DNA from: Octopus sinensis
Taxonomy: Eukaryota
Reading direction: 5' to 3'
DNA length: 64,000 nt
Assembly: GCF_006345805.1 (NCBI RefSeq)
Contig: NC_043004.1
Location: forward strand, 104,718,001 to 104,782,000
How positions within the stretch are numbered: the first letter of the stretch is position 1; the number at the start of each line of letters is the position of its first letter. The notes under the pieces were generated by a model. The model did not search any database. It had not been told where the DNA came from and saw nothing but the letters and a program-made list of their open reading frames with translations. A program made the position numbers and the translations under genes. Shown here piece by piece: positions 39,341 to 52,122 of this stretch.

Positions 39341-39586
39341 TTGGAGGCCTTCTCACTTTTGGAAATGATCCTTTCTGTAGTTTTTTTTTGTTTCCATTGG
39401 GAATTTTTTGTTTAGATTTCGTTTTGTTTTTCTTTGAAAGATTATTCTTTATTACTTTTTGTTTGTTTTTCTTTGCTCTTGAATCTTTTTTTATGCAATC
39501 GCACACTGTACTGCCTTCACATTTTTGTAATCGACTGACCCCACCTCCACCAAAATTGCTGGTCTTATGCCAAAATTTAAAATCAT

Positions 39587-39919
39587 TATTCTGTTGTGTC
39601 TGGGGAGAGTCATTTTCTTTTTGTGCCTTATAATTTAACACACTCACCGGTAAAATTTCCACTTATTTCTTATTTTTATTTTCCTAAAATTTTCGTTGCA
39701 TCTTGCAACCTTTTCAATAGTCTTGAGAGTCAAGACCATTGAAAAAGTTGCAAGACGCAACGAAAATTTTAGGAAATAAACTTTAGGAAAGTGGAAATTT
39801 TATCGGTGAGTGTGTTAAATTATAAAGCACTAAAAGAGAATGACTCTCCCCAGACACAACAGAATATGCTTCAACACACGAACTCATATAAAGAATCTTG
39901 CAAACCAAATCCAAAAACG
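39587..39919. mobile_element. Asymmetric fold-back element family P (copy 2, opposite orientation)
   Basis: 39587-39726 is the reverse complement of 39730-39866; the unpaired extension 39867-39919 is the reverse complement of 23190-23241. Confidence 0.85.
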
Positions 39920-40455
39920 GAATAAAAATCATTATTATTTACTGAATGTAACAACCGTTTCAAATTTAAACCTATAGGGGCAAAGACAGACTTAACACTG
40001 ACAGCTAACGAAACCTCAAGCCAACGACGTTATAGTTCACAAAAGGCTATATATAAACTGTCAACACAAAAATAGCACGAATTACAAAATGTGTCAGATG
40101 TCTTTTACGTAAACATAAAAGTGCTCAACAACACTCGTGAGAAAGTGTATAGAAACTATTGTGTTTCTATGTAATTAACCTTTGACACGCACACATGTGC
40201 GCGCGCGCGCAGACTCGCAGAGCCGGATCTGACGTCGTGTGTGTGTGCACGCGCGAGTGTATGTGTGTAAATATACATCGATACATACATTCAGACAAAA
40301 CACACACAAACACACACACTCACATATATATACGTATTTTATATTATATTACATACACACAGACACACACACACATATATATATCGTTTGCAGAAAACAT
40401 AAATCCGGAGAAAGAGCACACTCTAAGATATAGAGTAGTATGTATCAAAAATGTG

Positions 40456-40635
40456 AAAGGGCGGTTTGTGTGATTAGCTTAGGTTTCTCGTTCATACAGG
40501 GTTTAGCTTTATGGCGTTTCGTCAGAGCCCAAAACTTGTTGGCTTATGACTTCTTCAAAATTATTTTGAAGGGGTCATAAGTTAAACCCTTTATGGACGG
40601 GAAACCTAAAGTAAACCCATAAACCGACCTTCCCC
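40456..40635. repeat. Imperfect fold-back element next to (TA)n
   Basis: ggtttgtgtgattagcttaggtttctcgttcatacagggtttagc pairs with gttaaaccctttatggacgggaaacctaaagtaaacccataaacc; inner palindrome cttatgacttcttcaaaa/ttttgaaggggtcataag. Confidence 0.65.
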
Positions 40636-40636
40636 A

Positions 40637-40676
<40 letters not shown>

Positions 40677-42735
40677 CAGAGGCGACTCCAGATCATCAGC
40701 GTCACTCGGGTTCATCACAAATTTGCCACAGAAATCTAGTGTTAATATAGAAATTACTTCATTTATACATGAACTCCAGTCGTCTTGGTTTGATGGGGAA
40801 CTCGTGTAGTCCTGTCATGCAGTTCTTCTTGTCGTCCAAGTTGTTCAAAAGGCTTTTCTCGATGGAAATACGAGCCAGTGAAGACAGCCGTTGTGCTTCT
40901 CAGATATGAGCGGATTCTACGCAACGTTGGGAAACTTCTCTCATTAGCGACTGATATTAAAGGGATGGCCAGCACTAGCTTAAATAGGTTAATGGATTCC
41001 GGTATAGTGGAAGTGAACTCCAATTTATACACTAATTCTAAAATGGAGTTGATTGACATGCAGTTTTTGAAATCACTGTCAATATGCATATATGTTAGCT
41101 CGTGCACTAAGTTCTCACAGTCAAAAGTACAAGAATATTTGTTTCCTTGAGAGTCCATATGTTGCATGGGAAACGAGTTAGTAAACTCTTCACACTTATT
41201 ATTAATATCTAGTAATTCAAAAAAATGCATTTACCTGAATGCCAGAAAATCTCTCTCGTTAGGACATTTGAATGTTATCAATCATTTCAAAATAGGTAGT
41301 TTTGTACTAATATGTGCACCTCTGATTCTTTTTCCAGAAGGAGGATCGATCTCATCTGCCTATTCAATGACAACAGTTGCATCGCACAGAATGTTTTCAT
41401 AAGGTTCATCCTTACGATAACCTTCAACACAATGAATGAAGTAATTTAGTTTATTCTGACCGTGTTTTATGTCGAGTAGCTTACACTGTGGGATATCAAA
41501 GACTTTTCCAGCCTGAGAAAGCATTTGATGAAAGCAATTGATGAAAAACATGAAAGTGAAACCATTCAACTTTGCCAATAGATTGTCTGTTTGACAAAGT
41601 GTATCTTCATCCCTAGAGCCTAGAATACTTGTGAAGGCATTTTTCAAGCTTTCATGCAATAGTTTTTTTGGATGACACAGTTCTTGATTTATAACACCAT
41701 CTTGTTTCGCACAGTGATGAAATATTGACATTAAACTGTTTGAAAACGTTTTCCCGCCTGGTACTGGAAGATGTAAATTTACTAAATGCGCGTAAATGAG
41801 AAAAATTGTTTTACTCTACTCACCTTCTCGGCACTTTTACTCAAGACTAAGTTAAGTTTATGCGCATAGCAGTGAATGAAGTGTGCGTGTTTAAATCCTT
41901 TATCCCTTAGCTTACTCTGTTCTCCGTTTAGCGTTCCTGCCATTACAGCTGCTCCGTCGTAAGTCTGACCCACCGAAGGAGTTCAACGCAGTTGTGATCA
42001 CATCAGACGGTCTTGCAGCACTGATTCCATAGCAACTAAGAAATTGTTCACATACTTTGTCTTCTGATCGACAGTTGGGCATGCATTGTACAATCTGTAG
42101 TTTCATAGGCTTGTACAGACATAAACGGAGCTTTATCAATTTCACATCTAATTTCATCAGAGATGACATTTTCAATCGCTTCTATTAAGTCATTTTGTAT
42201 TGTATTTGAGACTCCTGAAAACTGCTACGACCCCTTTTTAGTACAAAGTCGATTTCAGCAAAACACTGCAATAGTTCATGGCAATTTCCTCTATTAAGGC
42301 TGTGACTTTCATCATTTTGTCCATGTAAAGGCAACCCTGGTTTATACAGGTATAACACTGCATTTGTTAACTGCTCTAAATATTGTCCATTTTCTTCAGC
42401 CGCTTTGTTATGCCGTTCTTTTTTCCAGTTTAGCAGACTCACTAATGGCTGTCACAATATCGTACAGTCCGAAAGTCTTCAAGCTTTCATAACTACTTAA
42501 ATGACTCACTGATTTACTCAGATGCTTATAGTCACTCAGGATGTTTTCATAATTATTATAGCTTCCACCTGTCCACGACTGATTAGATTTTAGTTGAAAC
42601 AATAAACATGACCAGCAGTAGAGTTTCTCTGTGGCGCTACTCGCACAAAGCCAATCAATCTCTTTATACCAATTTATCTGAAATGTTTGAGTTCCAACTT
42701 TAGTCTTTAATGAAGGAGTCGGCCTACCAGTTATT
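40677..42735 (-). mobile_element. Decayed hAT transposase (ZMYM1-like type)
   Basis: Fragments LPLHGQNDESHSLNRGN, GQTYDGAAVMAG, FIHCYAHKLNLVL, and hATC-like AIPLISVANERSFPTLRRIRSYLRSTT; candidate terminus cagaggcgactccag at 40677. Confidence 0.85.
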
Positions 42736-43246
42736 CAACGGATATATGTGTTTTATTTGTTTCGCACATTGGTGTGCGGCCATACTGTGGCACCGCCTAC
42801 AAGTGATTAGTCGAACAAATCGACTCCAGTACTTATTTTTGTTTTTACCTGGTACCTATTCTATTAGGTTACATTTACTGAACTGCTAAGTTATGGGGAC
42901 GTAAGCAAGCCAACACCGGCTGTTAAGCGGTGGAAGGGAGGAACAAACGCAAAGACAAGGACACCCGCATATTTATATGTGTATGTGTGTATATAGAGAC
43001 ACACACATACATACACGCACGCACACACACACACAGACACACCATTCTCACTCACATATACACGAGCGCTTGTACACCGAATTCAGCCGGGTCACCATTA
43101 TCATCTCCCTTTCACTCAGCCGCTTTCTTCCGATTAGATCATCATATAATCCCTACACATTTTTTCCTCTTTCCATTTTCTTTCGTTCTCTTTCCAGTTT
43201 TTCTATATGGGGCACCATGGCCCACTCTAGCAAAGTGATATTGTTA

Positions 43247-43478
43247 CGGCGGCGAGCTGGCAGAATCGTTAGCACGCCGGGCGAAATGCGTAGGCGTATT
43301 TCGTCTGCCGTTACGTTCTGAGTTCAAATTCCGCCGATGTCGACTTTGCCTTTCATCCTTTCGGGGTCGATAAAATAAGTACCAGTTACGCACTGGGGTC
43401 GATATAATCGACTTAATCCGTTTGTCTGTCCTTGTTTGTCCTCTCTCTGTTTAGCCCCTTGTGGGTAGTAAAGAAATA
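43247..43478 (+). mobile_element. SINE family B (MetaSINE-like core gcctttcatcctttcggggtcgataaaataagtaccag), full-length with 10-bp TSD
   Basis: TSD gatattgtta at 43237-46 and 43479-88. Other copies at ~4430-4610(-), 8440-8570(-), 57010-57222(-), 60050-60700(+, three decayed) and 61540-61710(+). Confidence 0.92.
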
Positions 43479-43499
43479 GATATTGTTAGAGACATACCC

Positions 43500-43985
43500 G
43501 AGTGTAGGAGGCTGATCCGGGATTTTTTAAAGAAATTTGTCCAGTGAACATTTGAATTTTATGGGATCCGTCTCTGTTTTGACGTATTTTGGTATGGTAT
43601 TAAAGGGAGCTGGACCGGTTGAGGTAAAGTATTTGTGACGTAATGTTGCTATGTGTACCGAATTCGATTTTTCTAGTGGGTGAATAGCACGAGGACCAAG
43701 TCTTGGGTGGATTTTATAATTGATGCCAATATCATTTGTGCAATTTTGATGGAATATTTTCCGCATAACACAAATGATGTAGCGCTCCCGGCGTGTGTTG
43801 GAGAGAATAGAGATTGAGTATTTTTAGTCGACCCCAATAGCCAATGCCTCTCATGCAGTCTATCTTTCTTGTTATTGACCTCTGGAGTGCTTCTACTTTC
43901 ATAATGAGTTGCTTCGTATAGGGTAGGGTGGGGGGCGGGACCGCAGTGGACAAAAGTATTCAAGGTGGGGTCGGGCAAAAGTAGA
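43500..43985 (-). mobile_element. Decayed CR1-like LINE 3' fragment
   Basis: FARPHLEYF, KVEALQRSITRKI..YWGRLKILNLYSLQ, HPRLG, FNTIPK..FKCSLDKFL across frames. Confidence 0.75.
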
Positions 43986-44144
43986 GCAGAGAAATATATA
44001 TATATATACCGTTAAACTTTTGCTGCCACTAATGTTATTGTTACTATTATCAATTATTTACTAGTAATAATAATAATAATAAAATAATAATAATAATAAT
44101 AATAATAGTAACATCTTTCCGAGTATTCATTTGAATAGTCACTC

Positions 44145-44218
<74 letters not shown>

Positions 44219-45849
44219 TATTAATATTATTAGAAACTGCATTTAAAAAATTAAAATATTTTGTATTGTAGAAATATAACTGATTCATTGTACTCTTTTA
44301 CTCTTTTACTTGTTTCAGTCATTTGACTGTGGCCATGCTGGAGCACCGCCTTTAATCGAGCAAATCGACCCCAGGACTTATTCTTTGTAAGCCTTGTACT
44401 TATTTTATCGGTCTCTCTTCCCGAACCTCTAGGTTACGGGGACGTAAACACACCAGCATCGGTTGTCAAGCGATGTTGGTGGGGGGACATAGATATACAA
44501 ACGTATACACACACGTACATACACATATATATATACATATATACGACGGGCTTCTTTCAGTTTCCGTCCACCAAATCCACTCTGGTCGGTCCGAGGCTAC
44601 AGTAGAAGACACTTGCCCAAAGTGCCACGCAGTGGGACTGAACCCGGAACCATATGATTCGTAAGCAAGCTACTTACCACACAGCCACTTCTAAGTTTTA
44701 AGAACAAAATCTCATATGGTCCCCCAATGGTCATCTGAACCCGAATTAGGACCACTGACATACATAATCTGTCCATATACCTATCAACATGGCAAGTTTT
44801 AAATATATTTAGATTTCTTTAGTCCGTTTACTGGTGGTGATGAACCATTGTGCCTCGGCTCCTTAACTTTCTTGTTCGCATTGTAAGAATCTCACCGACT
44901 TCATTATTTGTCACTTTAATTCTATATCATCGCTTTTCTTTATAATCATTTGTTTACCTTATACAGGTATTCTCTACGAGGTGAAATGCACTAAAAGTTG
45001 GTGCAATGTGCAGCTGTTGTGTACAGTGACATCTGTGCAATAAAATGCACCTGTGGTTATAAGGTAACCCCCCCCCCATAAATGTGTCTGCGCTGCTACC
45101 AGAACAACGTTCAGTTGTGTTGTTCATTTATTTTTTTTTTTTTTTATAAAGGCAATGCTAAATTGCAGTGTCATTAGATACGGGAGGACCAGGGTCCGGT
45201 CACAGGTTCGCTGGATTTCTGAGTTTTCGACCAAAGTGGCAATGGACTATCTGTGCAATATATATATGATATATATATTTATATATATATGATATGTGTG
45301 TGTGTGTGTGCGTGTGCGTGTATATACATATACACACACACATATATGTATATATATATTTGTATATGTATATATATACATGTATATATATGTGTGTATA
45401 TATATATATGTGTGTGTGTATATACATATATATATACATATGAATTAGAAGCAGTCGAGGAATATAAGCAATACCGAACACACATGCACAAGGTATGTGT
45501 TTTGCTAGTTCGTAAGTAGGCTGCGCTTATAGCCGTAAGAGAATATGTTCTCACCAACGTGCCTGGGGTTAAAACACCTGAAAGGCATGGGCAAGGGCGA
45601 TAACTCGCATCAGGTCTCATTCAGAAGCGATAGACATCGATTGTTCTTTATTTTTGTGATTTGTCAATACCGTGTGCCTGAAACGAGGCCCGATGCAAGC
45701 TAAATCGCTGTCTTTGACTATACACAAAGCGGCGCAAGAACCATCATCTGGTATGTTCCAACGTTTCATACCACGAAAAAACTTTAAATATGTTTTAACA
45801 CCAGGGCCACTGATGAGAGTATATTCTCTTTCGCCAATAAATCGCAGCT

Positions 45850-47175
45850 TACGCAATTGTAACTTGATATTCACATTATTCATTTTTATGGACACAAAAT
45901 TTCTTTTCTGAGCCTCGCTCAGAATTTTTGTTATCAATACATTCTTTGTAGATGTTTTTTTTTTGTGTTTGACATCCCTCTTTTTTTGTTTTTGTGAGCG
46001 ATTTTTTAAAAAAGACAATTACTTCTAAAATGTAAACCTCCACATCCATAGCATGGATTCGGTCTTGATCTTCGTTTTTCTTTTTTCTTATCCGTTTCAG
46101 GTCGACATGCATGTATCTGAGAGCAATCTTTTACTTCAGTTTTATCCGCATCATGTTTTAATTGTATAATCCTCTAGCATTCTTCAGCCACTGCCTGTAG
46201 AGTTAATTTTTGGTTCTGTTCTAAATTTGTTAATATACGGGAACGTATATCGGCATCTTTTCCTGCAGTTAACCCTTCAATGAAAACTAGATGTTTGAAC
46301 AAATCCGGGGTTAATTCATGTAATTTTCACATTCTCTGTTAACGACCCCTGCATAGGTGATGAAATCTTCATCTTTTTTAACTAAATTTAAACACTACCA
46401 ACAAGTATTGAACAGGGAACTTCTTTCACTGAAAATTGTCGATAATGAATTAATTGTTTCATCGAAACAAATCTCACCTGGTTTCTTCGGCAGATTATAA
46501 TTACAGTATTTTTTGTGTTCGGTAGGGGATAAAAGTAGTCGACACTTCTCGTCATTCCAATTGTTACAATCTTCTTTGAAGATTTCTTCGTATCTTCTAA
46601 AATATGCAGAAAAAGTCGTACCTTCTTCTGAGTTATAAATAAATTCTCCAATTGAGTTTGCTACGCCGTCTGACGAGAACGAACTTGAAGTATTTTCAGA
46701 CTCCTTCGACATTACTTCCAGTAACTGTTGGTATTGTTGTTGTTGCTGTTGTAGTTGTTGTTGTAACTGTTGTTGTTGCTGTTATTGTTGCTGTTGCAAC
46801 TGCACCACTCAAGCTAATAAGTCTTCCATGTTAATGATTTTTTTCTTTGATTCCGTACAAAAAAAAAAAAATGAATGTTCGACGCAAGTTTCGAATATCT
46901 CGTCGCCACTTTTACATCTCAGTTGTTGCCCGACTCTTAGGTAGTATTGTTCGTTGCACACAGTACTTTTGATTTTTGCTGTACTAAGCACTCTTGTTAT
47001 CACTCTTGTTTTTCGCTCGAACGGACTTTAGTACGATTTTTTAACCCCAAGAGGACAGCTCTAGCTGATTAACACTGCACAGTTGTATCCGACTTATTGT
47101 GAGCAGGGGAATCGAACCCCTACCACATTCTAGCGACGGAACCAACACCCAATAATTCGAACAACTACCATTACG
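45850..47175 (-). mobile_element. Truncated Gypsy-type LTR retrotransposon: candidate 5' LTR, PBS, gag and start of protease region
   Basis: PBS-like tggcgacgag (minus strand, ~46899-46908); gag ANSIGEFIYNSEEGTTFSAYFRRYEEIFKEDC..LPKKPGEICFDETI..IFSERSSLFNT; RNFVSIKMNNVNIKLQL then breaks off. Confidence 0.75.
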
Positions 47176-47752
47176 GCAACTTCGGGTTCGGTGCTAGTTC
47201 AACGCGGACCTAACACACCAACCCTTACGACCTCTACCGGCCGCTGTCTCAACCAATACGCTACTCTTTATAAGAGTTCGGCCAGTCCATTCTGCCAATC
47301 CCCCAAGGGTGTCAATGACTCTCGTCACAATACGTGTTGCATCAACACCTGCACAATGTGCATCTGTAGTGTAATACTGAGGCTGTACAGTGTGCATACG
47401 TGGTGTTGCATTTGACACCTGTACATTGCAGTTTTTGGATGTTTCTAGAACATCTGTAAAAGAGTGTGCAGCTGCAGTGTGACATGTGAATGCGTGTATA
47501 GTGCAAATGGGTGTGCAGCAGCTTGCGGTAAATGGGGTGCGGTGTGCGAGTGATGTCTGTTTGTGAATGGGGAACTTATTTACATCAACGTTATAAACAA
47601 CAACAACAGCAGCAGCAGCAGCAGCAGCATCTGACCTAAGTTATTACTAATAGCATCACCCCGTCTGGTATCAAAACAACAACATGTGCACCGTCACGAC
47701 CAGGACTGCCATTTTATATCACCACTACCACACCGCCCTTCAAGACTACTGC

Positions 47753-47984
47753 AAGAAGAAGAAGAAGAAGAAGAGAAGAGGACGAAGGAAGAATAAGAAG
47801 AAGAGGACGAAGCAAGAAGAAGCAGAAGAGGCACGGAAGAAGAGAAGAAGAAGAAGAAGAAGAAGAAGAAGAAGACGAAGAAGAAGAAAAAGAAGTAGAA
47901 GAAGACGAAGAAGAAGAAGAAGAAGTAAGAAGAAGACAGACGAACGAAGAAGAAAAGAAAGAGGACGAAGAAGAAGAAGAAGAA
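47753..47984. repeat. (GAA)n-rich tract running into the assembly gap
   Basis: Direct reading. Confidence 0.95.
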
Positions 47985-48084
47985 NNNNNNNNNNNNNNNN
48001 NNNNNNNNNNNNNNNNNNNNNNNNNNNNNNNNNNNNNNNNNNNNNNNNNNNNNNNNNNNNNNNNNNNNNNNNNNNNNNNNNNNN
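47985..48084. other. Assembly gap (100 N)
   Basis: Run of exactly 100 n. Confidence 0.99.
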
Positions 48085-48362
48085 ACGGCGAAGTCATGTG
48101 GAGCAGCGTGGCGGATGTGAAGGTGGGCGTATTGATCTTCGATCAACGGATGTTTTTTCGGCAAAACAACACAACACACTCTGGGTTGAAGAGCCTCTTC
48201 AGCCAACGGTCAGCCTAGAGTCAACTAATCCAGTTAGCGGATTACTTCCGGTTGATAGAACTGGCGATTCATCAACTCACTTTAGCTGCTTGAAAACATT
48301 ATAGAGTTTTGGAACCTCGTAGTGTCACCAATTGAAGTTTGATGACTAGTAATAGAAGTAAT

Positions 48363-48676
48363 GTGGAGGCGCAATGGCCCAGTGGTTAGGGCAGCGGACT
48401 CGCGGTCAGAGGATCGCGGTTTCGATTCCCAGACCGGGCGTTGTGTGTGTTTATTGAGCGAAAACACCTAAAAGCTCCACGAGGCTCCGGCAGGGGGTGG
48501 TGGCGACCCCTGTTGTACTCTTTCCCACAACTTTCTCTCACTCTCTCTTCCTGTTTCTTGAGTAACGCTGCGATGGACTGACGTCCCGTCCAGCTGGGTG
48601 GGGGAACACATACGCCACAGAAACCGGAAAACCGGGCCCATGACCCTGGCTAAGCTTGAAAAGGGCGAAGAAGAAG
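48363..48676 (+). mobile_element. SINE family C, full-length with (GAA)n tail and 12-bp TSD
   Basis: TSD aatagaagtaat at 48351-62 and 48677-88; head ggaggcgcaatggcccagtggttagg..ggtttcgattcc. Confidence 0.9.
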
Positions 48677-49109
48677 AATAGAAGTAATATAGGTGATAGA
48701 AACGGACCTGTCCGTAGGCTGACAACTTAACTATTGCAAGTGTACGTTTATAACTGAACAAATAAGGGAACATTTACGTAGTTGCTAGACCTACTAGACA
48801 TAACAACCAAATCTCTCTCAAGTTGCACCCGAACGTCAAGTAAAGGGAAATGCACGTTGGGTAATATAGTTCTTGATATGCAACGTTGAGACTATGGCTG
48901 GAACGCTTGTTTCCTTAGGCCCGTTCAGGCAATAAAATCCTGGGGTTAAACAACGACACGTTCCTGATGCAACGAAATTAAAATAGGAATTGGATCTGAA
49001 TCTCTAACGACACGAATATGAGTCGTCTGTCTAATTTATATATCAATAGTATAAGCAGGGTCAACAACCTGATGTTGACACCGATTTAGTAAGGTTAACA
49101 AACGTTATG

Positions 49110-49800
49110 ATATGTGTATGCATGCACGGATGTATGTATGTATGTGTGTGTGTATGTATGTATGTATGCATGTATGTATGTGTGTATGTATGTCTGTATG
49201 TATGTATGTATGTCTGTATGTACGTACGTATGTATGTATGTGTGCATATACATGAATGTATTTACAAGCATGCACACACACATGTATGTATGTACGTGTG
49301 TATGTATGTGTGTATGTATGTATGTATGTATGTATGTATGTATGTATGTGTGTATGTACGTGTGTATGTATGTATGTATGTATGTATGTATGTACGTGCG
49401 TGTGTGTGTATGTATGTATGTATGTATGTATGCATGTATGTATGTATGCATGTATGTATGTGTGTATGTATGTATGTATGTATGTATGTACGTGCGTGTG
49501 TGTGTATGTGTGTATGTATGTATGTATGTATGTATGTATGTGTGTATGTATGTATGTGTGTATGTATGCATGTATGTATGTATGTATGTATGTATTATGT
49601 ATGTATGTGTGTATGTGTGTGTGTAAGTATGTATGTGTGTATGTATGTATGTATGTATGTATGTATGTATATTTGGATGTCTGTATGTATGTGTGTATGT
49701 AGTGGTGTGGTATGTATGTAGTAGTATGTATGTATGTATGTATGTATGTATGTGTGTGTGTATGTATGTATGTATGTATGTATGTATGTATGTATGTATA
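49110..49800. repeat. (TATG)n/(TG)n microsatellite
   Basis: Direct reading. Confidence 0.95.
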
Positions 49801-49973
49801 TAGGTATAGCCAGATGTGTGTCGAGTCGATGAATTGGAAGTCATTAACACGTTCTGTGGTATTGTTACGGTTTTCTGCATTCAAAGTTCAAATCGCATTT
49901 AGTCAATTTTGTCTTTCAGGGTCGATCAACACACATAAACGCGCGCACGTAACACGCACACACCACACACACA

Positions 49974-50004
<31 letters not shown>

Positions 50005-50221
50005 CACACATAAGATATATATTATATATATATATATATACACAACACACACACACACACACACACACACATATGTGTCGCTGTGGTAATAAAGCTTGCT
50101 TCCCAACCACATGGTTCTGGGTTCAGTCACACTGCGCGGCACTTTGGGCAAGTGTCTTCTACTCGATTCAGCCAAAGCCTTGTGAGTGGATTTGGTAGAC
50201 GAATACAGACAGAAGCCTGTT

Positions 50222-50288
<67 letters not shown>

Positions 50289-50725
50289 ACACATATACAT
50301 ACATGTACGTATATATGTGTCTGTGTGTATGTATATGTGCATGTGTGTGTATGTATGTATGTATGTTTGTGTGTGCGTGTGTGTATAACTATGTGCGTGT
50401 GTCTTTCTGTTTGTGTTTGTTCCCCACCATCACTTGAAAACTGCTGTTGGTGTGTTTACATCCTCACAGGCTAGCGGTTCGACAAAAGAAACTGACAGAA
50501 TGATTATCAGGCCTACTGGGTCGATCAATTCAACTAAAATTCTTAAAGTGAGTGCCCCAGCAATGGCCGCAATTTAATGATTGAAGCAGGTAAAAAGAAT
50601 ATGATGCATACATACATACATACATACATACATACATACATACATACATACATACATACATACATACATACATACATGCATACATACATACAACACAACA
50701 CATCATACATACATACATGTATACA

Positions 50726-50756
<31 letters not shown>

Positions 50757-50792
50757 CATACATACATGCATACATACATACATACATACATA

Positions 50793-51016
50793 CGAAGGAT
50801 AAGGGGTGCTGAAAAGTTCCTGTCTTTGAGTAAAAGAAAATACAGGAGGTTCAATTAATTATGGTTTTATTCAACATATTCTCCTCTCAGATTCACACAC
50901 TTATTGCAACGGTCCTTCAGTTTTTTCTAAGCCATGTAAAAGAACTCGAAAGGTTGGACCTCCAACAAGGCCTTTTGCGATATCCTTTTAGCCAGAAACT
51001 TATCAGCGTCCCTTCG
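50793..51016. mobile_element. Mariner-type MITE
   Basis: Aligns with 29825-30041; TA-flanked. Confidence 0.8.
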
Positions 51017-51129
51017 TATATATATACACGCACGAACATACATACGCATGAGTGTTGTACCGAAAATAATGCAAAAGTGGGCATAACTTTTTTTTATTAA
51101 CTGACTTAGGTTATCCAAGTTGCATATGT

Positions 51130-51475
51130 AGCTAGACTAACTCTGCTTCAATAGTGATTCGACTACCTGTTCTTTTTTGCCTCAGGCAGAAGCAACGTAC
51201 TGTCAATAAGTTCTTGACGATGGCGAGATAAAGGCTGTCCAACGTCCAAAGAATGCTACCGGCTGTCTTCTAGATTACACCATTGACACGAACATTGTGC
51301 ATAGATGAAGATGTTTAAATAAAGGGAGAAACCAGTATTGAAGACAAACCGCTCAGAGGGGAGAACATTAACTCTGACCAGTGATACATGTTGCCAGCGA
51401 GTAGAGAAATCGCTTCGCTTGGACAGACAAGTCATGATCCGTGAACTTGCTGCGCAACTAGACTGTGGTCGCAGG
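51130..51475 (+). mobile_element. Mariner transposase N-terminal remnant
   Basis: GETSIEDKP..CCQRVEKSLRLDRQVMIRELAAQLDCG. Confidence 0.6.
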
Positions 51476-51810
51476 GTGAGTGTGGATGGATGGTTCTCCG
51501 TCACATGATGACGAGGATTGAGTTGTTTGATCAACTGAGTTACCTGCTCATTGAATTAACAGGGCAATTGGTTGAGCATTTCACAGATATGTGTAACCTT
51601 AACGTAATTCACGGATGAAACTAGCTGGACATGGTGTGCCACGAGGCTGTACCCTTTGAATTACGTGTACAATCTATCGAGGAGCCAGCAGCTCAGTTTC
51701 ATTCACAATGTACGGGTTACCAGACGCTATAGAAAATGACACTGCCATGCAGTGGAATCGAGACTTGGAATCGAGTCTCGTACTCATTCGGCCAACTCTG
51801 CCTACTATAT

Positions 51811-51866
<56 letters not shown>

Positions 51867-52079
51867 TGCGTGCGCACGTTAACAGTTTTAGTCAGGTCCA
51901 TATTTCTTAAGGTTTGATGAGCGCAGAACACGTTCACCTCATTAGATGTCTCCGAACATCTGATGAGTTGGACGCCTCCTACTCTTACGAAACTGCAGGA
52001 TCTGCAACCAAATATGTTGAGTGCTACTTTCTTTCATTTGTTCACTCATTCGTGAATGTGTGTGTTGATGCATGTGAAC

Positions 52080-52122
<43 letters not shown>

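Noticed and set aside
45810-45835. CTGATGA GAG TATATT CTC
   Set aside because: Followed by TTTC rather than GAAA.
47684-48304. ORFs spanning the N run
   Set aside because: Artefact of the (GAA)n tract and the assembly gap.
51955-52018. CTGATGA GT...AC GAAAC with AACAT/ATGTT flanks
   Set aside because: Stem III cannot close with a UH triplet next to stem I, and a competing hairpin sequesters the core.
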